Both the position numbers and the translations under genes were made by a program. The notes beneath the pieces are model-generated. The model was not told the DNA's origin, searched no databases, and saw only the letters and a program-made list of their open reading frames with translations. From positions 98,828,001 to 98,892,000 of the forward strand of contig OX597821.1 of the NCBI GenBank assembly GCA_951406725.2: 64,000 nucleotides of DNA. The letters run 5' to 3'. This document shows positions 11,985 to 24,382 of this stretch, in pieces (within the stretch, counting starts at the first letter, position 1; the number at the start of each line of letters is the position of its first letter). Source of the stretch: Octopus vulgaris. Lineage: Eukaryota.

Positions 11985-12545
11985 ATAATAATAATAATAA
12001 TAATAATAATTGTGTACAGTGCTCAGGTGCACTACAACTCATCTAAAGTGTATATATAATCAGGTGTAGTTTCGGCGGATTTCGGAAAGCATGAGGGTCT
12101 TAAAAGATGCAGTGTCATGGCAGTCAACAACTGACGCAGGCAGTTTATTCCATGCTTCAGCAACTCTGAGCGTGAAGAAATGTTTCCGAAAGTCATGGGA
12201 GCTGTGTTGTTTTCTGACTTTGTAGGCATGTCCACGTGTGTTAGACACATGGAGATCAAAAAGGTGTTCAGTGTTGTTGTTGGTGAGGTGGTTGATAACT
12301 TTGTGGGTGTTTACCAAGTCCGTCGCCAGACGCCGGAGCTTCAGTGAATCCATGTCCAGGGAAACAAGGCGTTCAGAATATGGTAGGTGTCTGATGGAGG
12401 GTATGCGTTTGGTTGCACATCTCTGGACAGATTCCAGGTCAATGTTCTGAGCAAGATAGGGGTTCCAAACTGATGATGCGAATTCCAAGTGTGGTCGTAC
12501 CATAGCTGTATACAGTTTTAAATAGATGGCTGGAGAGCGGCTAAC
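11985..12545 (-). mobile_element. CR1-clade LINE 3' fragment
   Basis: ORF 12060..12659: MVRPHLEFASSVWNPY, ESVQRCATKRIP, TRGH, FFTLRVAEAWNKLP; (ATT)n tail; paralog at 17810-18681. Confidence 0.9.
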
Positions 12546-12565
12546 AATAACTGCTATTTCTAGTA

Positions 12566-13363
12566 CTAGCAAACCTATCCATCTGTGATGGGAAATGAAA
12601 GGAGGGTGGAAAAGTATAACAACTTTAAGCATGAATATATTTATACTGAAATATGGCATGGGAAATGTAACAGAATATAAATAATGGTGAGTTTTGATTA
12701 TTCTCCTACTTTGCTCCTCAGCTCTAAGTACTGGGTCTTTTCTCCATAGTTGACGTGATTGGGTACTTTTTCCTGCTCTGCAGCTGTAACTACTGGATCT
12801 GTCCTCCTTACTTCATGTGCATGGGTATTTGTTGTTCTGCAGGATTTCTCCATCTGAACTGTTGTGCTTCAGTGTCTTTTTCCTGCTTGGCAGCTCTTAC
12901 TTGTATGTTTTTCCGCTTTACACTTTGTGCTTGTGTATTTTTTCTTGCTCATCCTCTCTAAAATCATCAGTTGACTGCTTGTTGTGCACTGTGGCAGCAT
13001 GCCTTATATTTTGTCTGAGCGCCGATTTTCGTTTCTGTGGCATTGTCTTGTATGAAGGGAGATATAAAGAAGTAGCATGAAACAGTGTATGGGACTATAA
13101 TTTGAAATCTGATATACGTCACAATTATACTTGAAATGAATATTGTTTATAAAGATATTTTTGCATTCAGTTTTCAGAAGGGGGCGAATGACACTGTAGC
13201 AGCACAAGCAGTCAGTGCCATATTGGATGAGATCTCGCTCCAGTCTCGGAGATGGCAATGGCTGCTGTGAGATCTCATCCAATATGGGTTTATCTTTTGA
13301 TATCTTGTATCGCTGAAGTGTAGAAAGTATGCTTTTACTTTTCTTTTTGAAAGACAATATAGA
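12566..13363 (-). mobile_element. Non-autonomous Helitron retaining a possible RepHel N-terminus
   Basis: Minus strand: A|TCTATAT start at 13363; 3' hairpin CCATC-ACA-GATGG then CTAG|T at 12566; ATG at 13043 gives MPQKRKSALRQN followed by degenerate R..DP.VRA.EQE repeats. Confidence 0.65.
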
Positions 13364-14790
13364 TTTTTTTTAAAGACTTCAGGGAGACCATTTTTATGAA
13401 ATTTTTGCAGTATAGAATGTGGCCCTCATGAGCGCAGGGCCTCCTTTGACATGTGGCCTGATTGGGAGTAATCAGTCCAGTTGGCTTAAGGCCAGCCCTG
13501 ACTGCTTCAAATTAATATTTTAGAGCTGTATTAAATCAGAGAATTGAAAATAATTGTGAGTAGTGAGGTTGCTGTTTGCTCTGCAACCAGGGTACTAACA
13601 CAGATCAAGATTAACTATCTCACATGGAAGTCCCTCAAATGAATGCTTTTTAAACATGATCTACAAACCATAAACTGGTTATTGGAACCTTGTTGTAGGG
13701 TATCAGAAATGGTTATAGTAAGGATTAATCATTTGGTGATTTCATTAATTACATATAAATTTCCCAAACACAAAAAGAAGACATTTAATGTTGATGGATT
13801 TCATAGAATTCCTGTGAAGAATTAGTTGAATGAGGAATAGATACTAGTTCTTGGAAGAATGAAGTGGCTATTCAAACTTGGGATTGGAAAGTATTGATTG
13901 CAGTCCACAGTTCATAGAAAATATGTTGTCACTGATCATATTGATATCATCACAAATTTAGATGTATGATTTATTACAGTGAGTGATAAGAAAGAAATAT
14001 ATATTTAAATATGTAACAACAAACATTAGTCTTATTTTGTCAGAGCTGCTAATATTGTCAAAAATACTGCTGATAACCAGAACAGAAGGATTACTAAGCA
14101 GAACATAACATATTTTCCACTAAGTTACTGTATTGTATTTCAAACATCAGGGACTTGATTCAGAAGTGAAAATTGTATGCAAACAGCAGTGCTGTTCTGT
14201 CACAATAAATATGCATGTTCTTATTTTTTGATTTTGAGTTTATCAGAAACTGCAACAAAGTTTAAATGCAAACTAGTGCCATTATCATTTTAGAGATGCT
14301 CAGCAATAGCCTAGTAATTTTCTTCACACACTTTTTGTCATAAATATCACATAAGAATTTCAGAATAGAACATATTACAACCTATAAAACCAAATTTAAT
14401 GCAGAGAGCATAACAAAATCTAATTAGAAATATTTATGAGATAAGGAAAAGACATTAACTCCATGAGTCAAATTTTATTTCATTCTGATAAGCAACAACA
14501 ACACCTCAGTAAAACACCTCAGTAAAACAAAGACCACTTTAGTAAAACAAAGACTTACTGTATTTCACAAAGTAGTGATGCGAGAATTGCTAATTATATG
14601 TTCAGTATTGTACATAAGTTGGCATAAAAGATTAGCATATTTAAAAACAACTTGCAAGATAATTACTCAGAGACACTACAGTAATTTATTTTTAAATATG
14701 CTAATTTTGATACCTATCTTTTTTCTTAACTCTATAATTATTTCCAGTTAGCTTTAATACCAAATTTTAACTATTGTTTTTCATGTGGAT

Positions 14791-15020
14791 GGCGGCAGAA
14801 ATGTTAGCACGCCGGGTGAAATGCATGGCCGTATTTCGTCAGGGGTTACATTCTGAGTTCAAATTCCGCCAAGGTTGACTTTGCCTTTCATCCTTTCAGG
14901 GTCAATTAAATAAGTACCATTTACGCACTGGGGTCGATATAATCGGCTTAATACCTATGTCTGTCCTTGTTTGTCCCCTCTGTGTTTAGCCCCTTGTGGG
15001 TAGTAAAGAAATAGGTATTT
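14791..15020 (+). mobile_element. SINE family B with Nin/Deu-like core
   Basis: GAGTTCAAATTCC B-box-like; GCCTTTCATCCTTTC.GGGTC.AT.AAATAAGTACC resembles the Nin domain. Confidence 0.85.
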
Positions 15021-15582
15021 CAATAACTGATCTCAGTAATTTATTTCATTTTTACTAATCAAGTTTTATGATGAGTATCCACCTAATGTTGAAGTTACAT
15101 GATATTACTGTTTTCTTATAGAATAACAGAAAGCAATGGCTTAGCTGGAATGACATGTGACTAATGATCAAATACACTGGGTGGTATTTCAGCTCACGTT
15201 GTTGCTGGTCACAGAAGTAGTGATATTTTTATTGTACTTTACTTCCACTCTCAGCAATAGTCTATGTAAGGTTTATAGAGGTTATTGTTGAAGTACTGAA
15301 TGTAGGAATTATTTATAGTTGCTACAATGATGCAGTATTCTTAAAATTTGCTATCTTGTATGAGAGTCAATATATTGTTCAGAATTAAGCTGAAGAATAT
15401 TTTATTGTTGAACTATATTTTTTATTGTTAAAGCTATTCGCTCTCTTACATACACACGCCCACACATACACAAATACACACACACACATACACACACACA
15501 TACACACACACACACATACACACACACACATTGTAAAGAAGTTCACAAAGTCACATACAAATATCTTATAAGTATACATTCA

Positions 15583-15918
15583 TGGTTCAGCGGTTAGAGC
15601 GTCGAGCTTACGATCGTGAGGTTGTGAGTTCGAATCCCGGACCGGGCTGCGTGTTGTGTTCTTGAGCAAGACACTTTATTTTATGTTGCTCCAGTTCACT
15701 CAGCTGTAAAAATGAGTTTCGACGTCACAGGTGCCAAGCTGTATCAGCCCCTTTGCCTTTCCCTTGGATAACACTGGTGACATGGAGAGGGGAGGCCGGT
15801 ATGCATGGGTGACTGCTGGTCTTCCATAAGCAACCTTGGCCGGACTTGTGCCTGGGAAGATAACTTTCTAGGTGCAATCCCATGGTCAGTCATGATTGAA
15901 GGGGGTCTCAATATCTCA
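15583..15918 (+). mobile_element. tRNA-derived SINE family C with CORE-like segment
   Basis: A box TGGTTCAGCGG, B box GAGTTCGAATCCC, then GTGTTCTTGAGCAAGACACTT; TSD ATACATTCA (15574-15582, 15919-15927). Confidence 0.8.
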
Positions 15919-16394
15919 ATACATTCAACCTCACTGTGTAAATAGATCCTAATGTTAAATCTCAGGGCTCTCTCCATAGAACGTACTCAAGAATTAAAAT
16001 GATTTTCCAAACAAACGTATTTTTGATTCCCTGATCTTTGGTCTTGTGTTGCACTTTTAATCATTTCAAAATAAGTCAAAAATTTGGAAGTTGATGAGTT
16101 ATTGCAATTACTTTCAACTGCCAGCAAAAGTATTCATATACAAATGAGTAGAAGCTTTGCCTCTTACTTGTAGCAATTTTCATAAGTAGATTGAATATTT
16201 GTATACATTCTTGGTAAGACAGCAATAGTCAATCAAAAATAAATGACTTGTTCTCAACCCATCCTAAGTAGAGAACCATGAGGCTGAATGCATGTTTAGC
16301 AAACATACACATGGGAACTTATTGCAACTTATCCATACATACACTGTCTCAATGCTTCAGATATTTAGTATGTATCTCTAACAGTCTGTGTATG

Positions 16395-16426
<32 letters not shown>

Positions 16427-16427
<1 letters not shown>

Positions 16428-16652
16428 CCGGAGTAAACACATAAATGTGAAACAAGGTGGAAAAAAGAGTACTCAAATACCAGTGGTAGAGTAATATGCT
16501 TTATTTTAAGCAGCAGAAAATTCAACAAAATCTGTTACTCTGAGTTTCTCGTTGCCGTTCATCAGACAGTTCTAGCAAAAACTGTCTGATGAACGGCAAC
16601 GAGAAACTCAGAGTAACAGATTTTGTTGAATTTTCTGCTGCTTAAAATAAAG
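16427..16652. mobile_element. Penelope pLTR-like insertion with a perfect inverted 73-bp duplication
   Basis: 16499-16571 is the exact reverse complement of 16580-16652; (TA)n on both sides. Confidence 0.75.
16582..16619 (+). ncRNA. Minimal type I hammerhead ribozyme motif (mirror copy on minus strand at 16532-16569)
   Basis: Stem I CTGT/ACAG; CTGATGA; stem II CG-GCAA-CG; GAAA; stem III ACTC-A-GAGT; GUA cleavage triplet. Confidence 0.72.
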
Positions 16653-16693
<41 letters not shown>

Positions 16694-16696
<3 letters not shown>

Positions 16697-16919
16697 CGAG
16701 CTGGCAGACACATTAGCGCACCAGGCGAAATGCTTAGCGGTATTTCGTCTGTCATTATGTTCTGAGTCCAAATTCCGCCGAGGTCAACTCTGCCTTTCAT
16801 CCTTTCGAGGTCGATAAATAAAGTACCAGTTTCGCACTGGGGGCTATATAATCGACTCAATCCCTTCGTCTGTCCTTGTTTGTCCCCTCTATGTTTAGCC
16901 CCTTCTGGGCAGTAAAGAA

Positions 16920-16921
<2 letters not shown>
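16694..16921 (+). mobile_element. SINE family B (Nin-like)
   Basis: Collinear with the 14791 copy. Confidence 0.88.
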
Positions 16922-16956
<35 letters not shown>

Positions 16957-16959
<3 letters not shown>

Positions 16960-17412
16960 CAGTGGAATGTTAAAAGCACATCTGAGCCTGATCGTTGCCA
17001 GGACTACAAATTGGCTCCTGTGCCGGTGTGACATGTGAAAAGCACCATTCAAGCACGATCGTTGCCTGTGTCGCTTTACTGGCACATGTGCTGGTGACAT
17101 GGGAATAACAACATTGAAGCGTAGTCATTGCCAGTACTGCTGAACTGGCTCCCATGCAGGTAGCACGTAAAAACACCTTTTGACGTGGTCGCTGCCAGAA
17201 CCGCCTGACTGGCCCTCGTGCCGGTGGCATGTAAAAGCACCCACTACACTCTTGGAGTGGTTGGCATTAGGAAGGGCATTCAGCTGCAGAAACGTTGCCA
17301 GATCAGATTGGAGCCTGGTGCAGCCTCTGGCTCACCAGTCCTCAGTCAAACCATCCAACCCATGCCAGCATGGAAAGTGGACGTAAAACAATGATGATGA
17401 TGATGATAATGA
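16957..17412 (+). mobile_element. RTE 3' UTR-derived repeat with about 60-bp tandem units
   Basis: Repeated GGCA(C/T)GTAAAAGCAC units, then TTAGGAAGGGCA...CCATGCCAGCATGGAAAG...(GAT)n. Confidence 0.85.
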
Positions 17413-17426
17413 TGCTATATATAGAG

Positions 17427-17479
<53 letters not shown>

Positions 17480-17509
17480 CAGAGAGAGAGAGAGAGTATT
17501 CTTTGATAC

Positions 17510-18870
17510 ATTATAAGTGGAAGACTCCAATGTTCAGAGCTACTTATTTCTGATCATCAGCTGGTAAACTGAGCCTGGTTTTCTTTAGAAATATCCACTG
17601 TCTGAATATTTTGGGGAATATGAAATGAAAGTTTGAAGAAAACGTTTATCTCTGTTCTTCTGTTTGAAAATCTTTGTGAACAACAACATGCATCCTAGTT
17701 TTGTACAATTTGTCACTTCAAATTGCTGTGGTTGATCCCCCATTTGAGACGGCAAAGGGTTTCATATCCCTATGCAATACCATAATCACATTCAACTTTT
17801 GTTTAGATAAGACTTTCCAGACCTGGACACAATGCAGCAGTGGATCATGGACTGGCAACTCAAGCTGGCTGTGGACAAATGTACCACCATGCATTTTGGG
17901 AGGAGAAACCCAGCGTCCACCTACTCCCTCCACAACACTAGTCTCAAAAAGTCTTCAAGTGAACGTGACCTGGGTGTTATTGTCGACAGTGATTTGCGTT
18001 GGACAAAACACATCGCTAAAATTGTCAAGAAGGCTGAGGGTGTCTTGGCATCACTCACCAAATCCTTTGTGAGCCGCTCTCCGGCTATCTATCTGCGGCT
18101 TTATATAGCTATGGTAAGACCTCACCTGGAATTTGCATCACCGGTCTGGAACCCCTATCTTGCCCAGGACATCAATCGTCTGGAAGCTGTTCAGCGACGT
18201 GCAACCAAAAGAATACCCTCCATCAGGCATTTGCCATATCCTGAACGCCTTACTTCCCTGGGCATGGACACATTGAAACTCCGACGTCTGGCAGCTGACT
18301 TGGCAGACAGCCATAAAATTATCAACCATCGCACAAACAATAACTCTGAGCACCTCTTCAAACTCCACCCATCTAACACCCGTGGACATATTTACAAAGT
18401 CAGAAAACAGCACAGCTCCCATGACTTCAGGAAACATTTTTTCACGCTGAGAGTTGCTGAAGCGTGGAACAAACTGCCGGCATCGGTTGTTAGTTGTCGG
18501 AGCACTGCATCCTTCAAAACTTCCATGCTTTCTGAGATTCACCAACACTACACTTGATACACACACAAGCATGTTCACTTTCCAGACATTTCTACATTAC
18601 TGCATGTACTTTATATGCACTTTCTGACAAGTTGTGGTGCACCTGAGCACTGTATACAATAATTTCATTATTATTATTATAATGCTTATTGACACACTAT
18701 GTCAAAGGCTTTCGAGAGATCAACAAGTACTACAGAGAAATCTTTTTCATATTTGTGAACCGTTTCCTGCACCTGCTGCCAGCTAAATATCATATCTGCT
18801 ATTCCACAGCCAGCCCTGAAATCACACTACTTACAGGATACACAATGTTCAGCAATTTGTTCTATTTATT
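17510..18870 (-). mobile_element. Old RTE RT fossil split by the CR1 insertion
   Basis: CDFRAGCGIADMIFSWQQVQE...VLVDLSKAFD (18700-18835) continues as FEVTNCTKLGCML (about 17690-17725). Confidence 0.65.
17810..18681 (+). mobile_element. CR1-clade LINE 3' fragment with intact 241-aa RT C-terminus
   Basis: DKCTTMHFG, ERDLGVIVDSDL, MVRPHLEFASPVWNPY, VQRRATK, WNKLP; (ATT)n tail. Confidence 0.92.
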
Positions 18871-19082
18871 CTATTTAAAATTTGTTCAAGTTAAAATCAT
18901 TCTTGAGGGGATTTTTTCAGCAATTGAAAGGAGTGAGATGTCATGATGGTTATCACATTCACATTTGTTACCTTTCTGTTTATGCAAATGCACTGTTATA
19001 GCATCTATGAATCATTGTGAGATTACTCCTGAGTTCTATATATCTATTAATATCTCAGTGAGTTTTTAGTCAGAGCATTACC

Positions 19083-20177
19083 AATTTCTTTATTACTCAC
19101 AAAGGGCTAAACATAGAGGGGACAATCATCATCATCATTGTTCGACCGTGGTCGAGACAATGGAATTTACCATGTTGCGCCAGACTTCACGGTTCATCAT
19201 AGCATTACGGAGGTCCTGTTGCTGGATGCCTGTATCCCTGGAGATTACATCAGGGTAGGAGAGTGTGCGCCCTCTGGTGTTGCGAGTAGATGGCTTCCAG
19301 AGGAGAAGAGTAGAAATTACTTCTTTTTCAGCTCTACAACAATGTCCAGCAAACTGGACTCTCCTACCTTTCACAAGAGATGACACAGGTGGTAATTTCC
19401 CATATATTTGCATTTTAGTTGGATGGCGCCTCCACGAGAGATTTTGAGCTCTCATAAGGAGGCGAGTGTAGGTTCCATCCAACCGCCTCTCAAGCTTCTT
19501 TGATAACGTCCAGGTTTCTGAGCCATATAGTAGGATTGGTTCGACTGCGGCTTTGAATATTTCAAGTTTGAAGTCTCTACTTAGATTTGATGACCAGATC
19601 TTATGCATGTCATTGCAGGCTGACCAGGCCATACCCTTTCTAGTTAGAAAGTCTTTTCCAGATGATGATATGTATGACCCAAGATATTTATAATCAGAAA
19701 CCATATTTAAAGGCGCACTGTTGAGAGTATGGATGATGCAATCACTGTTGGACAGGCACTTGTTTATGTATTCAGTTTTGGTCTCATTGAGGTAAAGACC
19801 TACACAATTTGAGGCTTGTTCAAGAGATTGTAAGAGAGACTGGGCATTGGAGAGAGAATCACTGATAAGAGCGATGTCGTCAGCAAAGTCAGTGTCTGTC
19901 AAGTACTCAGCTGGGTGTCTGGAACTTCTTCTTGGTTTTATTTCAAAGCCCTTGCCAGAGATGGTATCAACTGACATACGTAGGGGACAAACAAGGACAG
20001 ACATAGGTATTTAGTCGATTACCTCAACCCCAGTGCGTAACTGGTACTTAATTTATCGACCCCAAAAGGAGGAAAGGCAAAGTCGACCTTGGCGGAATTT
20101 GAACTCACAAAGTAACGACAGACGAAATACGACTACGCATTTCGCCCGGCGTGCTAACGTTTCTGCCAGCTCACCAA
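19083..20177 (-). mobile_element. SINE family B interrupted by an RTE-like LINE
   Basis: 13-bp TSD TCAGAGCATTACC at 19070-19082 and 20178-20190. Confidence 0.88.
19126..19981 (-). mobile_element. 5'-truncated RTE-like LINE with open RT C-terminal ORF
   Basis: DFADDIAL, YKYLGS, LLYGSETW, FAGHC; (TGA)n tail; TSD AGGGGACAA at 19117-19125 and 19982-19990. Confidence 0.92.
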
Positions 20178-20208
20178 TCAGAGCATTACCCCCACACTTA
20201 ATGGTATG

Positions 20209-20240
<32 letters not shown>

Positions 20241-20259
20241 TGTACATATGTATGTATGT

Positions 20260-20885
20260 CAGTCATTATTCAGTTTGTATCAAGATTTCTTGCAAATAGA
20301 GAATGAGCTGTTTTCTAACCTAGATCCAAGGCTCTTTCATTGGAATTTAAACAACATCAACAGGGTATTTTTGTATGTGTGTATGTATATGTGCAGATTT
20401 TTATGTTTTGTTTATGTATGTTTTCTCATGCATATAATTGTACGTCTAGATATGCTCATATATATTTAATGTAAACTTCTGGAAAGTTTTACAGATTTTT
20501 TAGTTCCCATGATGGATTCCAACCAGTTTTCTCTTTTCTGGTTTTGAGAGGCCTAATTTCTCAAGACTGGTACTTATTCAGTGTGTTACATATCCCAGTG
20601 CCTCAATAATTACGGGTATAAACCTGAACTCATAGTCTGGGTAGAGTAACCGTAGATTTACTCAATAGTTTAGCATAGGTATTTTCATTATCGCTGATCT
20701 TTAGCTTTTTGTTAACATCCTCCAGGCAGCTGATTTCCCCAACTGTACACAGTTTCTCTTCTCTATCCCAAATCACTATGTCAGGTCTATTATGTTTACA
20801 TTTTATTGAAGTTTTCACTGGGACATTCCACAAGTACTCCTTATTATGAGTGGCTATGGCGTCTACCATACTATGGGTTCTTATA
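20260..20885 (-). mobile_element. 3' fragment of a non-LTR element with restriction-like endonuclease (R4/Dong or related)
   Basis: YLWNVPVKT...HNRPDIVIWDREEKLCTVGEISC (PD-D/E-like motif); ends in (CATA)n. Confidence 0.75.
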
Positions 20886-20916
<31 letters not shown>

Positions 20917-20924
20917 AGCATTGC

Positions 20925-21235
20925 CTTGAAGGGTTTAGTTGAACAAATTGACCTCAATATTTGCTTTTCTAATCCTGGTATTTATTCTATCAATATCTAT
21001 TTGCCAAACCATTAAGTTAGAGAGATGTAAATAAACCAACACCAATTGTCAAGCAGTAGTCATGGATAAACACCAACACAAAGACACGGAAACATAGATA
21101 CATACATACATACATACATACATACATACACATGATAAGCTTCTTTTAGTTTCCACCGACTAAATCCACTCACAAGGCTTTATTTGGCCCAAGGCTATAG
21201 TAGATCGCATGCTTAAAGTGTCACATAGAGGGATT
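20925..21235 (-). mobile_element. Diverged SINE family A
   Basis: TATTCTATC...CCACTCACAAGGCTT...GCTATAGTAGA. Confidence 0.7.
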
Positions 21236-21777
21236 TTCATGTACTATGCCTACTGGCATCAGTGATCATGGAATCTTTGTGCTAAAGTCTGAAGATTCTT
21301 GTTTTTTCTTGGGAAAGATACATCAGTGGTTTTTACATTATCTTCTGTTGGTTTATTTACAGTTTGCTCTACTAGTGTCTTGTTCTCCCAAGCTTACTAT
21401 TTAACCCTTAGGCAGAGGGACTAAATCACATGACATTAAGGTATATCCACATACTAGTGGGACTGTGAAAAATGTCTAAGAGCCATTCCTTGCCCGAGTC
21501 TTGTATGCCTTTGCCACAGGACCATCTGCTATATGATCCATAACTGGGTTTTCCCTTGAGAAGAACTATCATCTAAGGTTACAGTGTACCTAGGAATAGC
21601 AATGATTAAAGGATAACTTCATACTTTCCAAAACTTTTAGATTCTTGAACAGGAGCCTCACCACTCAGCATAGTTCTTTCAATTATTTTAGGTGTTTAAG
21701 CCATTATGACTAAGCACATAGTTTTGCTCCACTCTTTATGATTGAAGTGATAGTTATTATTATATGTATATGTACAT

Positions 21778-21822
<45 letters not shown>

Positions 21823-22085
21823 ATATATATGTGGTATATATCTTTAATCACATCTACATAGTCATTCATCTTGCCAGAAATAGCCACTAAATCTTCCTCA
21901 AATAACACCTTCTCTTCAAATTGAGCCTGACAGTGGATAACATAGTCCTGATTAGTCCTGATTACAAAAGAGTGAATGATTATGACTGGAATGTCTTTGG
22001 GACATGTGTGATATGATTAGAAGGAATTGCAATAAATAAGCATATAAAAGCATCTTTTCCTTAAGAGATAAGTTGCTTCTCTTTA

Positions 22086-22475
22086 GTGAAGGCGCAATGG
22101 CCCAGTGGTTAGGGCAGCAGACTCGCGGTTGTAGGATCGCGGTTTCGATTCCCAGACCAGACATTGTGAGTGTTTATTGAGCACAAACACCTAAAGCTCC
22201 ACGAGGCTCCGGCAGTGGGTGGTAGTGAACCCTGCTGTACTCTTTCACTACAACTTTCTCTCACTCTTTCTTTCTGTTTCTGTTGTACCTGTATTTCAAA
22301 AGGCCAACCTTGTCACACTCTGTGTCATGCTGAATCTCCCCCAAGAACCACGTTAAGGGTACACGTGTCTGTGGAATGCTCAGCCACTTGCACGTTAATT
22401 TCACGAGCAGGCTGTTCTGTTGATCAGATCAACTGGAACCCTTGTCGTCATAACTGACGGAGTGCCAACAACAAG
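22086..22475 (+). mobile_element. tRNA-derived SINE family D
   Basis: TGGCCCAGTGG A box, GGTTTCGATTCCC B box; TSD TGCTTCTCTTTA (22074-22085, 22476-22487); second copy at 48176-48548. Confidence 0.88.
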
Positions 22476-23577
22476 TGCTTCTCTTTAATTGGAAACCCTT
22501 CTCTCATTTTAAATAAAAGTAATACCTTGTAGTTATTTATCATATATCACATACATCAATGAGTCAACATTCTTTATTAAATAATAACATAAGCCCAAAT
22601 CTCTTTTTATAAACAGTATGCATTTCTATAGAAAATTTCCTTTTGTGAGAAACATTTCTCTTTGTGCCTTGTTCTCTCATCTGTGTCAAATTTTTATATA
22701 AAGCAAAACCTTTTGTCAGTGCTGTAATATAAAAATCGAGGTTGATACTTGAAGTTTTTCTTTTTATGTCAAACTTTTTGTTCAACTCTACTTATTGGGT
22801 GTGAGATGTCTTTATAGACCTACCCTCAATCACTTCTGCCATTATCAGGGATTTCTCAGTGAACCAAGACTTTGATTTAGTTGTGAATTTTAGATTCTCA
22901 ATCGATTTCTAGAAACCCCAAATTTCATATTATACTGTTTTATTGTAACCAAAAATATTGAGCATAATAGAAAGAAATTTTAGTAAAGATCTTTTAATAC
23001 CATGAGGAATTGACTCATTGACTTAGTTTTGCTTCTATGTTGAAACCACTTCACCTTTTTACTTTAATGGTATAACTTGATAAAACTTGTGACGTATATT
23101 TGCCTTTTAAATATGGCTAACCCCTAAGGGTGGATGCTAGTGTAGTTTGTAGCCCCAAGAGGACACCTCCTCCAGCTGGCTATAGACACACTTTCTGTGC
23201 CCTATCAGTATTTGCAAAGGGAAGCCATCCTTCCCGTCTCCAACTTATGATACACACGGATTCGAGTTTCTGAATATCAACAATTCAACTTCTCTGGTTG
23301 ACATTAAGACACCCACCCCCAATAAGGGCCTTAACTCTCACATTTCAGAGCTCCATGACCTTCATTTTTCAGGTGCAAAATCCTTTTAACAGGTTCAATA
23401 AGACTGCAATTTTGATGAAATTCAGAACATAGATATTCCAGTTCATTACAGAAAATATAACAGAAAAGTCTAATTCTTCAATTGCATGTAACATGGGCAA
23501 CGCCAGGTATCTCTGCTAGTATATACACCCATGCTAGCATGGAAAACGGATGCTAAATGATGATGATGATGATGATG

Positions 23578-23886
<309 letters not shown>

Positions 23887-23917
23887 ATCAATCAATCAAT
23901 CATATATATATATATAT

Positions 23918-24305
23918 ATGGCACATAAGAAAAACACCGAAAACACCATCTGAGCGTGGCCATCTGCCAGCCTCGTCTGGCACCTGTGTCGGTGGCACAT
24001 AAAAAACACCATCCGAGCGTGGCCATCTGCCAGCCTTGTCTGGCACCTGTGTAGGTGGCACATAAAAAACACCATCCGAGCGTGGCCATCTGCCAGCCTC
24101 GTCTGGCACCTGTGTCGGTGGCACGTGAAATCACCCACTACACTCTCGGAGTGGTTGGCGTTAGGAAGGGCATCCAGCTGTAGAAACACTGCCAGATCTG
24201 ACTGGCCTGGTGCAGCCTTCGGGCTTCCCAGACCCCAGTTGAACCGTCCAACCCATGCTAGCATGGAAAGTGGACGTTAAACGATGATGATGATGATGAT
24301 GATGA
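23918..24305 (+). mobile_element. RTE 3' UTR repeat with three 63-bp tandem units
   Basis: GGTGGCAC recurs at 23991, 24054 and 24117; (GAT)n tail. Confidence 0.88.
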
Positions 24306-24382
24306 TATATATATATATTGTATATATGTTATATATAGTAGATATATATATATATTATATAATTGATATATTACATTATATA

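Larger units (their letters stand above)
11774..13500. mobile_element. hAT-type non-autonomous element containing nested CR1 and Helitron
   Basis: TIRs CAGAGCTGGCCTTA / TAAGGCCAGCCCTG; 8-bp TSD ACTGCATC (11766-11773) vs ACTGCTTC (13501-13508). Confidence 0.8.

Noticed and set aside
13700-14400. Possible MULE transposase fossil (HIYCDRT, GKYVMFCL on the minus strand)
   Set aside because: Too decayed to support by eye.
15583-15655. tRNA-like sequence (also at 22090, 33216, 46019)
   Set aside because: SINE heads with A/B boxes but no complete cloverleaf, followed by SINE bodies.
23918-24130. Regularly spaced repeats resembling a CRISPR array
   Set aside because: The intervening sequence is also repeated, there are no cas genes, and the context is a eukaryotic RTE UTR.
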